Notes: a model not told the origin generated them from the sequence alone. Shown: positions 28,828 through 39,031, counted from the first letter of the stretch. The stretch is 64,000 bases of DNA from Bacilli bacterium (GCA_045114745.1 JBGULD010000049.1:22860-86859), one strand, 5' to 3'. Made by a program: numbers and translations.

Positions 28828-31041
28828 ATGGAAAAGGCAAAAGTATTAAAAGTTAATGGCGGTTATCCGCTTCATACGTTTGAAGATATTGAAGATATCT
28901 ATTCTTCGTATATTTTTGATACAGGCGACAAAACTAGAATTCGTGAAGCCTACGATTTCATTATCACTAAACACGAAGGTCAATTAAGAAGAAGTGGTGA
29001 GCCATATTATCACCATCTTATAGAAGTGGCTTATATCCTCGCAAATCTCCACTGCGGCCCGAACACAATTATTGCTGGTTTCTTGCACGACGTTGTCGAA
29101 GATACCGAAGTGACCATTGATGACATCAAGAAGAAGTGGGGCGAAGAAGTCGCAATGATCGTCGACTCTTTAACCAAGATTCAAAGATTAAAGTTATCAA
29201 AGATAACTAGTGAAGAATTTGAAGCGGAAGATCACCGCAAAATATTCTTAGGCATGGCCAAGGATATTCGTGTCATTATTATCAAGCTTGCTGACCGCTT
29301 ACATAACATGCGTACCTTAGAGGCCTTAAAACCAGAAAGGCAAATCGCTCTTTCTAATGAGACGATGGATGTCTTTGTGCCAATTGCTCACCGCTTAGGT
29401 CTTGATGTTATTAAATCTGAATTAGAAGACTTATGTCTTAAATATCGTGAACCACAAAAATATCAAGAGATTACCAAACTTCTTTCTAAGAAAGCTAAGA
29501 CCATGGGCAAATCCCTTGAAAGTTTGAAAAAGAAAATCGCCGATACCTTGTTCCAACACGGTATCCCATTTGATATTTCTTCACGTGTTAAATCCATATA
29601 TTCGATTTATCGAAAGATGTATATTAAAGGGCATCCATTCGATGAAATTTATGATATTTTAGCGCTTCGTATTATTACCAAAACAGAAATACAGTGCTAT
29701 GAGATCTTAGGTCTAATCCATCAATCCTATAAGCCAGTTCCTGGCAGATTCAAAGATTACATCGCCATGCCAAAAACTAATATGTATCAATCTTTACATA
29801 CGACAGTTGTCGGTGGTGATGGTAACTTCTATGAAGTACAAATCAGAACTGAAGATATGGATAAGATTGCCGAAACCGGTGTTGCTGCTCACTGGGCATA
29901 TAAAGAAGGTAACGGTTATAACTCCGCTAGAGAACAACAAGAAATCGAGAATAAATTGCACTGGTTTAGAGACTTTGTCTCTATGTCGTCCATTTCTTCC
30001 GAAGGCAACGCTAAGGAATACATGGATAACTTAACTCATGATATTTTTGAAGCTAATGTCTATGTCTTTACACCAAAAGGCAAAGTTATTGAACTTCCTC
30101 AAGGAAGTACACCTGTTGACTTCGCCTATCACATTCATACCCGTGTTGGTGATACATGCGTTGGCGCTCTCGTTAATAGCGTGATGGTTCCATTAAACAC
30201 CATCCTAAAAACTGGTGACTTAGTGGAAATCAAAACTAATAAAAACAACCCTGGTCCAAGTGAAGGCTGGCTCGACTTCGTTAAAAGTGGTGCGGCCAAA
30301 TCCGCGATCAAGAAATATATTGCCAAGAAGAATGCTGAACTTATCAGAGATGAGAAAGTTGCCAAAGGCAAACAATCTTGTTTAGATGCCTTCCATGATC
30401 GTGGCATCGAAGAAGAAGAGATGATGAAATATCTCACTGATGAGAAGCTATTAGGTAACTTTGGATTTAGTAATGTCGATGACTTATTCGTCGGTGTGAC
30501 TAATCGTAAGCCTGTGCCTAGTGCGCTCATAGAATTTTTGCACATTAAACGACCGGTCAACATTCCGACTGGCGGAAGAATCAAAACCAAATCCGGTGAT
30601 AATTGCCCAGTCTATTGTCCTGGTGTCGGCAAGATTGCTATCTCCTTATCTAACTGCTGTACTCCTCTTCCAGGAGATGACATTGTCGGTTATGTTACCA
30701 AAGGTAAAGGAATAGTTGTACACCGCAAGAATTGTCCAAACATCATCAACGAAAATGAACGTTTAGTAAATGTTCTTTGGAGAGATGATATTGAGTTTGC
30801 GACTTATCCAGTCGACATTCTCATCAAAGCTAATGATAGAAATAACCTAGTCGTGGATATTATGTCCACGTTAACCGCAGCTAAAGTATCGCTTAATAGT
30901 TTCCATGCTCGATTAGCGAATAATGGAACTGTCGATATTACCGCGACACTGATGGTGAGTGACTCCAAGAGACTAAATGATGTCTTCAACTTATTAAGAT
31001 CAATCTCTGGAATTTATGAGATTAATCGAGTCATTCATTAA
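28828..31041 (+). CDS. relA: Bifunctional (p)ppGpp synthetase/hydrolase Rel
   Basis: HD hydrolase motif (HHLIEV...HDVVEDT), synthetase domain (YIAMPKTNMYQSLHTTV), TGS and ACT domains. Confidence 0.95.
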   Translation: MEKAKVLKVNGGYPLHTFEDIEDIYSSYIFDTGDKTRIREAYDFIITKHEGQLRRSGEPYYHHLIEVAYILANLHCGPNTIIAGFLHDVVEDTEVTIDDIKKKWGEEVAMIVDSLTKIQRLKLSKITSEEFEAEDHRKIFLGMAKDIRVIIIKLADRLHNMRTLEALKPERQIALSNETMDVFVPIAHRLGLDVIKSELEDLCLKYREPQKYQEITKLLSKKAKTMGKSLESLKKKIADTLFQHGIPFDISSRVKSIYSIYRKMYIKGHPFDEIYDILALRIITKTEIQCYEILGLIHQSYKPVPGRFKDYIAMPKTNMYQSLHTTVVGGDGNFYEVQIRTEDMDKIAETGVAAHWAYKEGNGYNSAREQQEIENKLHWFRDFVSMSSISSEGNAKEYMDNLTHDIFEANVYVFTPKGKVIELPQGSTPVDFAYHIHTRVGDTCVGALVNSVMVPLNTILKTGDLVEIKTNKNNPGPSEGWLDFVKSGAAKSAIKKYIAKKNAELIRDEKVAKGKQSCLDAFHDRGIEEEEMMKYLTDEKLLGNFGFSNVDDLFVGVTNRKPVPSALIEFLHIKRPVNIPTGGRIKTKSGDNCPVYCPGVGKIAISLSNCCTPLPGDDIVGYVTKGKGIVVHRKNCPNIINENERLVNVLWRDDIEFATYPVDILIKANDRNNLVVDIMSTLTAAKVSLNSFHARLANNGTVDITATLMVSDSKRLNDVFNLLRSISGIYEINRVIH

Positions 31042-31071
31042 AAATGAATAAAATGAAAGGAAAGATATATT

Positions 31072-32415
31072 ATGGCCATTATTAACGTCAAAGGGACACA
31101 TGATATTATCGGTAATGAAGCTGATAGTTATTCATATGTTGAAAACCTAATGAGTCAAGTTGCATCTTTATATGCATTTCAACAAGTGAGACCTCCTGTT
31201 CTTGAACATAGCGAATTATTTATTCGTGGTGTTGGTGAAAGTAGTGATGTCGTCAGAAAAGAAATGTACACATTCGAAGATAAAGGCGGAAGAAGTTTAA
31301 CCCTCCGTCCGGAATTCACTGCGGGCATTATGCGCTTAATCGTGCAAAACAAATTAATCCCAGTCAGCGAACTCCCACTTAAACTTTATTATTGTGGACC
31401 TGTCTTTCGTTATGAAAGACCACAACTCGGCAGATATCGCCAATTCAATCAATTTGGCGTTGAGAGTGTGGGTCATGGTTCCCCATATGCAGATGTTGAA
31501 TGTATCGCTTTAGCCTATACCATTTTACAAACCTTAGGTTTAGCTAATGTCACCATTAAGATTAATACTTTAGGTGATGAAATGAGCCGCAATGCTTATC
31601 GCGAAGCCTTAAAAGAATTCTTTAAAGGGAAAATTGAACACATGTGTTCAGATTGTCAAATGAGATATGAAATTAACCCATTAAGAATCCTTGATTGTAA
31701 AGTTCCGGAAGATCAAGAAATCGTCAAAGACGCTCCAACGATGAGTAAATATCTATCTTTAGATAGTCAAAAGAGATTCGAAGTCGTTTTAAAAGCTTTA
31801 GAAGCGATGGGGATTCCTTACGAAGTCGATGATACTTTAGTTAGGGGTTTAGATTATTATTCTGAAACCGTATTTGAATTCCATTACGTGAGCAATAAAG
31901 GTAACGACTATGGCGCAATCGGTGCTGGTGGTCACTACGACAAATTAGTCAAAGAATTAGGTGGCCCAGATGTCCCAGGTGTCGGTTTCTCCTTTGGAGT
32001 GGAACGCCTCGTTAATGTTTTAAGCGATGATGGTTTATTACCAAATATCGAATCCGGTTTAGATGCCTATGTGATGCCCATCGGTGAAGAGAGCTTCCAA
32101 TATGCGCTTAATGCCGCGGATTACATTCGCTTGCTCGGATATCGCGTTGACATGTGCTATGACAACGTGAAACTCGGCAACATGTTCAAGCGCGCGGAAA
32201 AGAAAGGCGCTAAGTTAGCCGTCATCATCGGTGAAGAAGAAATTAAAAATAACAAAGTTATTATTAAGAATTTAAAAACCACTGAACAAATCACCGTTTC
32301 TATTGAAGAATTAGAAGCAAAAGTGGATGAAATATTAAACCCTCAAGAATGCTGCCATGGTAAACGTGAATGCTGTGAGGGCGATGAATGTTGTTGTGGA
32401 AAGGATGAGAAATAA
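31072..32415 (+). CDS. hisS: Histidyl-tRNA synthetase with a Cys-rich C-terminal tail
   Basis: Class II motifs (LRPEFTAG, GPVFRYERPQ.GRYRQF, GAGGHYD) and the tail ECCHGKRECCEGDECCCG. Confidence 0.95.
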   Translation: MAIINVKGTHDIIGNEADSYSYVENLMSQVASLYAFQQVRPPVLEHSELFIRGVGESSDVVRKEMYTFEDKGGRSLTLRPEFTAGIMRLIVQNKLIPVSELPLKLYYCGPVFRYERPQLGRYRQFNQFGVESVGHGSPYADVECIALAYTILQTLGLANVTIKINTLGDEMSRNAYREALKEFFKGKIEHMCSDCQMRYEINPLRILDCKVPEDQEIVKDAPTMSKYLSLDSQKRFEVVLKALEAMGIPYEVDDTLVRGLDYYSETVFEFHYVSNKGNDYGAIGAGGHYDKLVKELGGPDVPGVGFSFGVERLVNVLSDDGLLPNIESGLDAYVMPIGEESFQYALNAADYIRLLGYRVDMCYDNVKLGNMFKRAEKKGAKLAVIIGEEEIKNNKVIIKNLKTTEQITVSIEELEAKVDEILNPQECCHGKRECCEGDECCCGKDEK

Positions 32416-32417
32416 TT

Positions 32418-34148
32418 ATGGAAAGAACTTGTCGCAATACTGAATTAACAATTAATGATGTTGGCCGTAAAGTCACCCTTTTAGGGTGGGTTGCCAAAAG
32501 AAGAAACTTAGGTTCCATTCTTTTCATCGATTTAAGAGACCGTTCTGGCATCATCCAAATCATGGTCAAGGACGCTGATGCTGTTCCTGATGTGAGAAAT
32601 GAATATGTCATTCAAGTTATCGGAACAGTTAGTAAAAGAGAAATGCCAAATCCAAAGATGAAGACTGGCGAGATTGAGGTGGTGGCGGAAAAGATTATTG
32701 TCGTTAACACCGCGAAGACCACTCCAATTATTGTGGCCGATGAAACCGACGCTTTGGAAGAAACGAGATTAAAATATCGTTACTTAGATTTGCGTAGACC
32801 ATGCATGCAAAAGTATTTTGATATCCGTGATCAAATCAAAATTACCACTCATGCTTATTTACACAAACTTCAATTTATTGAAGTTGAAACACCAATGCTC
32901 TGTGCTTCTTCTCCAGAAGGTGCTAAAGAATATTTAGTTCCATCAAGATTACATCATGGAACATTCTATGCCCTTCCACAAAGCCCACAAATGTTCAAAC
33001 AACTTTTGATGGTAGCGGGTTTTGAAAGATATTATCAAATCGCGCGTTGCTTCCGCGATGAAGACTTACGTGCCGACCGTCAACCAGACTTCACACAAAT
33101 CGACGTGGAGACATCATTCCTTGATCAACAACAATTCTTGGAGATGATGGAAGGTTTAGTTCATGAAATATTCATGAACACAATCGGTTATGACGTCAAA
33201 TTGCCACTCCGTCAAATGCCATATAAAGAAGCTATGGAAAGATTTGGTAGTGATAAACCAGATACTAGATTTGGTATTGAACTCCATGATTTAAAAGCGC
33301 TCTTTAAAGACACAACCTTTGAAGCCTATAAGAATGCAGAAGCCGTTAAAGGCATTTGCGTTCCTGGTGTTGCAGAAGAAACAAGCCGCAAAGTTATTGA
33401 TAACTTAACCCTTGAAGCCAAAAAGTTCGGTTTAGGCGGTTTAGCGGTCATTAAAAAGGAAAACGGGGAATTAACCGGATCATTCGTGAAATTCCTTTCT
33501 GAAGCGGAAAAAGTGGCTTTAGTTAAAGAATTAGAAGCTAACGATGGTGACATCATCATCATTTCCGCTGGTCCATATAACCGTGTCACACCTTTATTAG
33601 GCGCGATAAGATTACAATACGGTAGACAACTTGGTTTAATTAAACCAAATACCTATGATTTATTATGGGTTGTCGACTTCCCAATGTTTGAAAGAGATGT
33701 CGAAAGTGGCGAAATCGTTGCTACCCATCACCCATTCACACGTCCAAGAGATGAAGACCTCCAATATTTAGACACTGACCCCACAAAGGTCATCAGCTAT
33801 GCCTATGACATCGTCATTAATGGTTACGAAGCTGGTGGTGGAACACTCCGTATCTTTAACCAAGATGTGCAAAAGAAGATATTTAATATCTTAGGTTTAA
33901 GCGATGAAGAAGTTGAAAAGAAATTTGGCTACTTTGTCAACGCTCTTAAATATGGCACACCTCCACACGCCGGTATGGCCTTTGGTCTTGATAGACTCGC
34001 CATGATTCTCGGTGGCACTGATAACATTAGAGATGTCATCGCCTTTCCGAAGAATTTAGCGGGTGTCGATCCAATGAGTATGGCACCGACAGAAGTGACC
34101 CCTCAACAGCTCGAAGATTTGGGTCTTATTATCAAGGACAAAGAATAG
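32418..34148 (+). CDS. aspS: Aspartyl-tRNA synthetase
   Basis: QSPQMFKQLLM, FRDEDLRADRQPDFTQID, GLDRL. Confidence 0.95.
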   Translation: MERTCRNTELTINDVGRKVTLLGWVAKRRNLGSILFIDLRDRSGIIQIMVKDADAVPDVRNEYVIQVIGTVSKREMPNPKMKTGEIEVVAEKIIVVNTAKTTPIIVADETDALEETRLKYRYLDLRRPCMQKYFDIRDQIKITTHAYLHKLQFIEVETPMLCASSPEGAKEYLVPSRLHHGTFYALPQSPQMFKQLLMVAGFERYYQIARCFRDEDLRADRQPDFTQIDVETSFLDQQQFLEMMEGLVHEIFMNTIGYDVKLPLRQMPYKEAMERFGSDKPDTRFGIELHDLKALFKDTTFEAYKNAEAVKGICVPGVAEETSRKVIDNLTLEAKKFGLGGLAVIKKENGELTGSFVKFLSEAEKVALVKELEANDGDIIIISAGPYNRVTPLLGAIRLQYGRQLGLIKPNTYDLLWVVDFPMFERDVESGEIVATHHPFTRPRDEDLQYLDTDPTKVISYAYDIVINGYEAGGGTLRIFNQDVQKKIFNILGLSDEEVEKKFGYFVNALKYGTPPHAGMAFGLDRLAMILGGTDNIRDVIAFPKNLAGVDPMSMAPTEVTPQQLEDLGLIIKDKE

Positions 34149-34151
34149 TTT

Positions 34152-34200
34152 TATAACAAAGTTATAACAAATACTAATAATATACTGAAAAACTACTAGT
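34152..34200 (+). repeat. Hairpin plus heptamer array (b): TATAAC-aaa-GTTATA then TACTAAT-N4-TACTGAA-N4-TACTAGT
   Basis: Heptamers at 34172, 34183 and 34194. The array ends 2 nt before the tkt SD. Shares about 50 bp of architecture with 63551-63598. Confidence 0.6.
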
Positions 34201-34215
34201 CAAAGGAGATTAAAA

Positions 34216-36192
34216 ATGAACAAAAAAATTGACGAATTATCAGTAGCAACCATCCGCTCATTATGTATTGATGAGATCAACAAAGCGAATTCTGGTCACC
34301 CCGGAATGGCTTTAGGCAGTGCGCCTATCCTCTACACTTTATTCACCCGTCACTTAATCGCGGACCCCAAAGATCCTGAATGGTTCAACCGTGACCGCTT
34401 CGTTTTAAGTGCCGGACATGCATCTGCATTGCTTTATGCAATGTTACACTTATCTGGATATGAACTAAGCCTTGATGATCTCAAGAGATTCCGTCAACTT
34501 GATTCCTTAACTCCAGGCCATCCTGAATACCGTTGGACAAAAGGTGTGGATGCCACAAGTGGTCCTTTAGGACAAGGTATCGCACAAGCCGTCGGTATGG
34601 CGATGGCGGAAGAAAGCATCAGAGCCAACTATGTTGATGGTGAAAAACTCATGAACCATTACACATATGTGCTATGCGGCGATGGATGTTTGCAAGAAGG
34701 TTTGTCTCAAGAAGCAATCTCCTTGGCTGGACACCAAAAACTCAATAAATTAATCTTATTCTATGACGCTAATCAAGTTACACTTGATGGTGCTCTTGAT
34801 TTGTCATTCTCCGAACAAGTCAAAGCCAGATTCATCGCTAGTGAATGGAACGTCTTAGAAGTCGCTGATGGTAACGATATCGAAGCCATTGATAAAGCCA
34901 TCGTTGAAGCCAAGAAATCCAAAGACAAACCAACCATGATTATGATTCATACCGTTATCGGCTTTGGTTCCGCCAAACAAGGAACAAGCAAAGTCCACGG
35001 TTCTCCTTTAGGAGTGGAAGATGGCAAACACGCCAAAGTGGATGTCTATGGATTTGATCACGAAGATTTCTTCGTTCCAGAAGAAGTTAGACAACAATTT
35101 GCTGAAACATTTATGGCTCGTGGAGAAAAGGCTCACGAAGAATATAACAAGACACTTGAACAATATGGCAAAGCTCATGGTGCCGAACTCGAGAGATTTA
35201 AATCCCTCATCAACTTATCCGTTGAGAACTATTTACCAAAGGTAATGCCTGAATTTGTCGAAGGCAGTTCGACATCTACACGTGTCGCATCCGGAAAAGC
35301 GCTCAATGCCTACATGCTTAACTTACCAAACTTAATCGGTGGTTCCGCAGACGTCGCTGGAAGCGTCATGACCAAACTCGATGGTGGTGTGAACTTTGAA
35401 CCAGGCCATAGAGAAGGTCATAACATCAACTGGGGTATTCGTGAATTTGCTATGGCAAGTGCACAAAACGGTATTCTCCTCCATGGCGGTTTAAGAACTT
35501 ATGTTGGTTGCTTTGCCGTTTTCGCTGATTATATGAAGGCTGCGATCAGAATGGCGGCCCTCAGTCACTTACCTGCTATCTATTTGTTCTCTCACGACTC
35601 AATCGCCGTTGGCGAAGACGGTCCAACCCATCAACCAATTGAACAATTAGCTATGCTAAGAAGCATTCCAAATATGCGTGTTATCCGTCCATGTGATGAA
35701 CGTGAAACATATGCAGCGTGGGCCGAAGCGCTTAAAAGCATGAGAACGCCAACAGCCTTAATCCTCTCTCGTCAAAACCTTCCATTAATTTCAGGAAGCT
35801 CTGCTGAAGGAGTGGCCAAAGGTGCTTACATCATTTCTAAAGAAGCCAAGAAAGCTCAAGTGGAAATTATCGCCACTGGTAGCGAGGTCTCATTAGCGAT
35901 TGAAGCACAAAAACTTCTTAAAGAAGAAGGCGTTGATGCTAGAGTCATCTCCATGCCAAGCTGGGAATTATTCGAAGCGCAAGAAGAAGAATATAAGCAA
36001 TCCGTCTTATCACTTCCTTGGGAAAAGAGAATCTCTGTGGAAATGCTTTCAACCTTTGGTTGGGATAGATATGCAAAACATCATATGGGCATGGATACAT
36101 TCGGTGCGTCCGCTCCTGCAAAAGATGTCATTGCGAGATTCGAATTCTCCGCTAGCAGATTAGCGAAACTCGCCAAAGAAATCGTTAAATAA
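34216..36192 (+). CDS. tkt: Transketolase
   Basis: 658 aa with SGHPG, GDGCLQEG and GEDGPTHQP motifs. Confidence 0.95.
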   Translation: MNKKIDELSVATIRSLCIDEINKANSGHPGMALGSAPILYTLFTRHLIADPKDPEWFNRDRFVLSAGHASALLYAMLHLSGYELSLDDLKRFRQLDSLTPGHPEYRWTKGVDATSGPLGQGIAQAVGMAMAEESIRANYVDGEKLMNHYTYVLCGDGCLQEGLSQEAISLAGHQKLNKLILFYDANQVTLDGALDLSFSEQVKARFIASEWNVLEVADGNDIEAIDKAIVEAKKSKDKPTMIMIHTVIGFGSAKQGTSKVHGSPLGVEDGKHAKVDVYGFDHEDFFVPEEVRQQFAETFMARGEKAHEEYNKTLEQYGKAHGAELERFKSLINLSVENYLPKVMPEFVEGSSTSTRVASGKALNAYMLNLPNLIGGSADVAGSVMTKLDGGVNFEPGHREGHNINWGIREFAMASAQNGILLHGGLRTYVGCFAVFADYMKAAIRMAALSHLPAIYLFSHDSIAVGEDGPTHQPIEQLAMLRSIPNMRVIRPCDERETYAAWAEALKSMRTPTALILSRQNLPLISGSSAEGVAKGAYIISKEAKKAQVEIIATGSEVSLAIEAQKLLKEEGVDARVISMPSWELFEAQEEEYKQSVLSLPWEKRISVEMLSTFGWDRYAKHHMGMDTFGASAPAKDVIARFEFSASRLAKLAKEIVK

Positions 36193-36210
36193 CGATAATT
36201 AATATTAATA

Positions 36211-36237
36211 AGCGGTGGAAATTCCATCGCTTTTTTC
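36211..36237 (+). terminator. Rho-independent terminator
   Basis: AGCGGTGGA-aat-TCCATCGCT followed by TTTTT. Confidence 0.7.
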
Positions 36238-36305
36238 TTTATGAAAAATACTAGTTTGTTGCTTGTTTCATATATTTCATATATAGTATTAGGGAGGTAA
36301 ATTTT

Positions 36306-36647
36306 ATGGCGGATTATGTTTTCTTAGACAACTATTCAAAGAAAGGTAAACTCGGCATTCATCGCCACGTTTTTGATCAACTTGTGACATCTTGTTTACA
36401 AAACGTCAAAGGCATCGCTAAATCTGAGAAATACATGAAAAGAAACCAATTCATCATTTTGAATAGACCAGTGCAAACATATATCGTTCGCGATATTGTT
36501 CACGTTTGGATTTATATTGATGTTGCCAAAGGCAAAAACATTCAAACCATCGTCAGCGAAATACAAAATGAAGTCTATAATTCCCTCATGCTCATCACCG
36601 AGCAAGTCCCTGTGAATATCCAAGTGAAGGTTGAGTCAATAATCTAA
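36306..36647 (+). CDS. Asp23/Gls24-family (alkaline shock-like) protein
   Basis: 113 aa. Position upstream of nusB matches Bacillus yqhY. Sequence resemblance is weak. Confidence 0.55.
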   Translation: MADYVFLDNYSKKGKLGIHRHVFDQLVTSCLQNVKGIAKSEKYMKRNQFIILNRPVQTYIVRDIVHVWIYIDVAKGKNIQTIVSEIQNEVYNSLMLITEQVPVNIQVKVESII

Positions 36648-37243
36648 TGATTGGTTTTCGCAAAAGGGGTCCTGTATCTTATATCGACACCCATAACGCT
36701 GCGGTCATTAATTACCGTCGCGCTTGCAAAGCCTTTATCTGGGTCGGTGTCGTCAACTTCGTCGGTTTATTGGTCGGAATCATTCAGTTCTATATTCAAA
36801 ACTCTGGTGAAGTAGTGCCCTTTTATTATTGCTTCGGTATTTGTGATTTCTTGTTTAACTTGTTAGCACATACAAGTATTCATCCCGCATTGTTCTGGGT
36901 TATCGTTGCCTTTATAACAGTGGCCACAACTGCGGGAGCAGTCCTATTAGGACTATTCTCTTCCCAAGGAAAGAAAAAGCTATTAATCACAATGGTGAGC
37001 GTATATTTTCTAGATTGGGTTTTTGTCTTTCTCGCCTTCTTTTTAGCGGGTGAATCCACAGTCGGTTTATTGATCAATGCCGGTATCCATGTTGTAGCGA
37101 CATTCTTCATCATCATGGCAATCTATCAATACTATAATGTATTGAATATCGAAAAGAGATTTAAAAATATTCCGACAGTGGCCGAAGTTAAAGAACAAGA
37201 AGCAAAACAAAAACAAAACGAGGAACAACAAGATGGAAATTAA
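36647..37243 (+). CDS. Hypothetical integral membrane protein
   Basis: Four to five predicted TM helices and a Lys/Glu-rich tail. Start overlaps the stop of the preceding gene (TAATG). Confidence 0.55.
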   Translation: MIGFRKRGPVSYIDTHNAAVINYRRACKAFIWVGVVNFVGLLVGIIQFYIQNSGEVVPFYYCFGICDFLFNLLAHTSIHPALFWVIVAFITVATTAGAVLLGLFSSQGKKKLLITMVSVYFLDWVFVFLAFFLAGESTVGLLINAGIHVVATFFIIMAIYQYYNVLNIEKRFKNIPTVAEVKEQEAKQKQNEEQQDGN

Positions 37244-37649
37244 TCGTAATCAACAACACTATATCATCATGACCGTCATCTATGATGAACTTAACGATTT
37301 CCTCATCGGTGGTGGTAAGACTTTTCGTGATGCTCGTGATTTAACAAGCGAGTTATGTGGATGCGAATATGATGAAGTCGATAACTACATCAAAGTTTCC
37401 ATCGCTGCAGTTTTAAACAATTATGGCGTTATTAAAAGCGCTTTCGAACCATATTTAGTCAACTGGAAGTGGGAGAGATTACCATTATTAACACAAGCCG
37501 TTTTATTAATGTCTTACGCTCATTTCTTTTTCGTTGAAAAAGTGGACAAGAAAATTGTCATTAATGTCGCGGTTAATTTGGCGAAGAAATATATCGATGA
37601 AAAACAAGCCAAGTTTATCAACGCGATACTCGATAGGATTTTAAAATAA
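37233..37649 (+). CDS. nusB: Transcription antitermination factor NusB
   Basis: 138 aa with the C-terminal motif AKFINAILDRI, and nusB-xseA-xseB synteny. Confidence 0.8.
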   Translation: MEINRNQQHYIIMTVIYDELNDFLIGGGKTFRDARDLTSELCGCEYDEVDNYIKVSIAAVLNNYGVIKSAFEPYLVNWKWERLPLLTQAVLLMSYAHFFFVEKVDKKIVINVAVNLAKKYIDEKQAKFINAILDRILK

Positions 37650-38789
37650 ATGATTGGTGAACGAAATATATATTCCGTTAGCGATGTGAACCGCTACATC
37701 AAGTCGGTCATATCTCAAGACGAGAATCTAAAATTCATATCCGTCAGAGGAGAATTATCAAACTTCAAAAGAGGGGCTAATGGGCACCTTTATTTTTCTT
37801 TGAAAGATAAAGACTCTTTAATTAACTGTGCGATGTTCTCCACTTATTCATCACGTCTAGCCTTTGATCCAAAAGATGGAGACGAAGTCGTGGTAATGGC
37901 GAGCGTTGATGTCTATACCGCAAGAGGCAGTTATCAACTCATCGTTTATGAAATGAATTCCATCGGCCAAGGAGAGATGCTTTTAAAGTTAGAACTACTT
38001 AAAAAAGCTCTCGCTAAAGAAGGTTTATTCGATGAATCGAGAAAAAGAGATATAAATATCTACCCTAACGCAATCGGGGTGATTACTGCGAAAAATGGTG
38101 CCGCTGTTAGAGATATCGTCACTAATATCAGAAGGCGTTATCCGATATGTGAAATATATGTTTTCCCCAGTGCTGTACAAGGAGAAAGCGCACCGAAAGA
38201 ATTGCTCGACGCTTTTAATAAAAGTCAAGAATACGATTTGGATACCTTGATTATTGGTCGAGGTGGTGGCGCTAGCGAAGATTTGAGCGCGTTTAACGAT
38301 GAAAAGCTAGTGAGGGCGATTGCTAATAGCAAAATGCCAGTTATCGCCGCTGTCGGGCACGAAATCGATACTACGCTTGTGGATTACGTCGCGGATAAAA
38401 GAGCGAGCACACCAACAGGCGCTGCCGAACTCGCAACCGTTGATATGCGTGAGATTCAGCAAATGTTCCAATATAGTTTGGACACTATGAAAGAAGCATT
38501 GTTGTCTCGTGTTCAAGATATGAAAGATGATGTTTCTTCATTAAATGAAGAATTAAACGAGTCTATCAAAGATAAGTTAGACTATCTGAATAGAGAACTT
38601 AAGGCCAAGAAAGATCAATTAGAGGCCTTGAATCCAAAGAAAGTTCTCGATCGCGGCTATTCCATATCGGTGGATAAAGGTGGTCGAGTCATCAAGAGTG
38701 TAAAAGATGTGAAAGTGGGCGAGGAAATTACCACTTCTATGAAAGACGGTACTATAATTAGTACAGTAGAGAAAGTTGAGGAAGAATAG
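37650..38789 (+). CDS. xseA: Exodeoxyribonuclease VII large subunit
   Basis: OB-fold N-terminus (VRGELSNF..GHLYFSLKD), GRGGGS.EDL, GHE.D.T. Confidence 0.9.
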   Translation: MIGERNIYSVSDVNRYIKSVISQDENLKFISVRGELSNFKRGANGHLYFSLKDKDSLINCAMFSTYSSRLAFDPKDGDEVVVMASVDVYTARGSYQLIVYEMNSIGQGEMLLKLELLKKALAKEGLFDESRKRDINIYPNAIGVITAKNGAAVRDIVTNIRRRYPICEIYVFPSAVQGESAPKELLDAFNKSQEYDLDTLIIGRGGGASEDLSAFNDEKLVRAIANSKMPVIAAVGHEIDTTLVDYVADKRASTPTGAAELATVDMREIQQMFQYSLDTMKEALLSRVQDMKDDVSSLNEELNESIKDKLDYLNRELKAKKDQLEALNPKKVLDRGYSISVDKGGRVIKSVKDVKVGEEITTSMKDGTIISTVEKVEEE

Positions 38790-38791
38790 TT

Positions 38792-38992
38792 ATGAGCGAA
38801 AAGAAAATTGATTTTGCCAAAGAGATTAAAAGACTAGATGAAATCGTAAACGAAGTTTCTTCTAAAGCTTTATCACTCGAGGAAAGCCTTAAATTATATG
38901 AAGAAGGCACTAAGATTATCAAAGAACTTGAAGCTGCTTTAAAAGAGGCAGAAGGAAAAATGGAAAAGATTGTTGACACCAAAGGTGAGTAA
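38792..38992 (+). CDS. xseB: Exodeoxyribonuclease VII small subunit
   Basis: 66 aa with LSLEESLKLYEEG. Confidence 0.85.
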   Translation: MSEKKIDFAKEIKRLDEIVNEVSSKALSLEESLKLYEEGTKIIKELEAALKEAEGKMEKIVDTKGE

Positions 38993-38997
38993 TTAAA

Positions 38998-39026
38998 AAT
39001 AGTTAATTTTTAGTAGTTTATTAGTA
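38998..39026 (-). repeat. Heptamer array (c), ATTAGTA orientation on the + strand
   Basis: AATAGTT at 38998 (weak), TTTAGTA at 39009, ATTAGTA at 39020. Lies between the xseB stop and the dxs ATG. No SD is visible for dxs. Confidence 0.5.
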
Positions 39027-39031
39027 TAGTT

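Noticed and set aside
34172-34200. Heptamer arrays read as ordinary sigma-70 promoters (TATACT inside TACTAATAATATACT as the -10).
   Set aside because: No acceptable -35 lies at 16-18 nt in arrays (a), (b) or (g). Arrays (e), (f) and (d) lie in 3' UTRs upstream of terminators. Array (e) lacks the TATACT entirely. A promoter role for a subset cannot be fully excluded.
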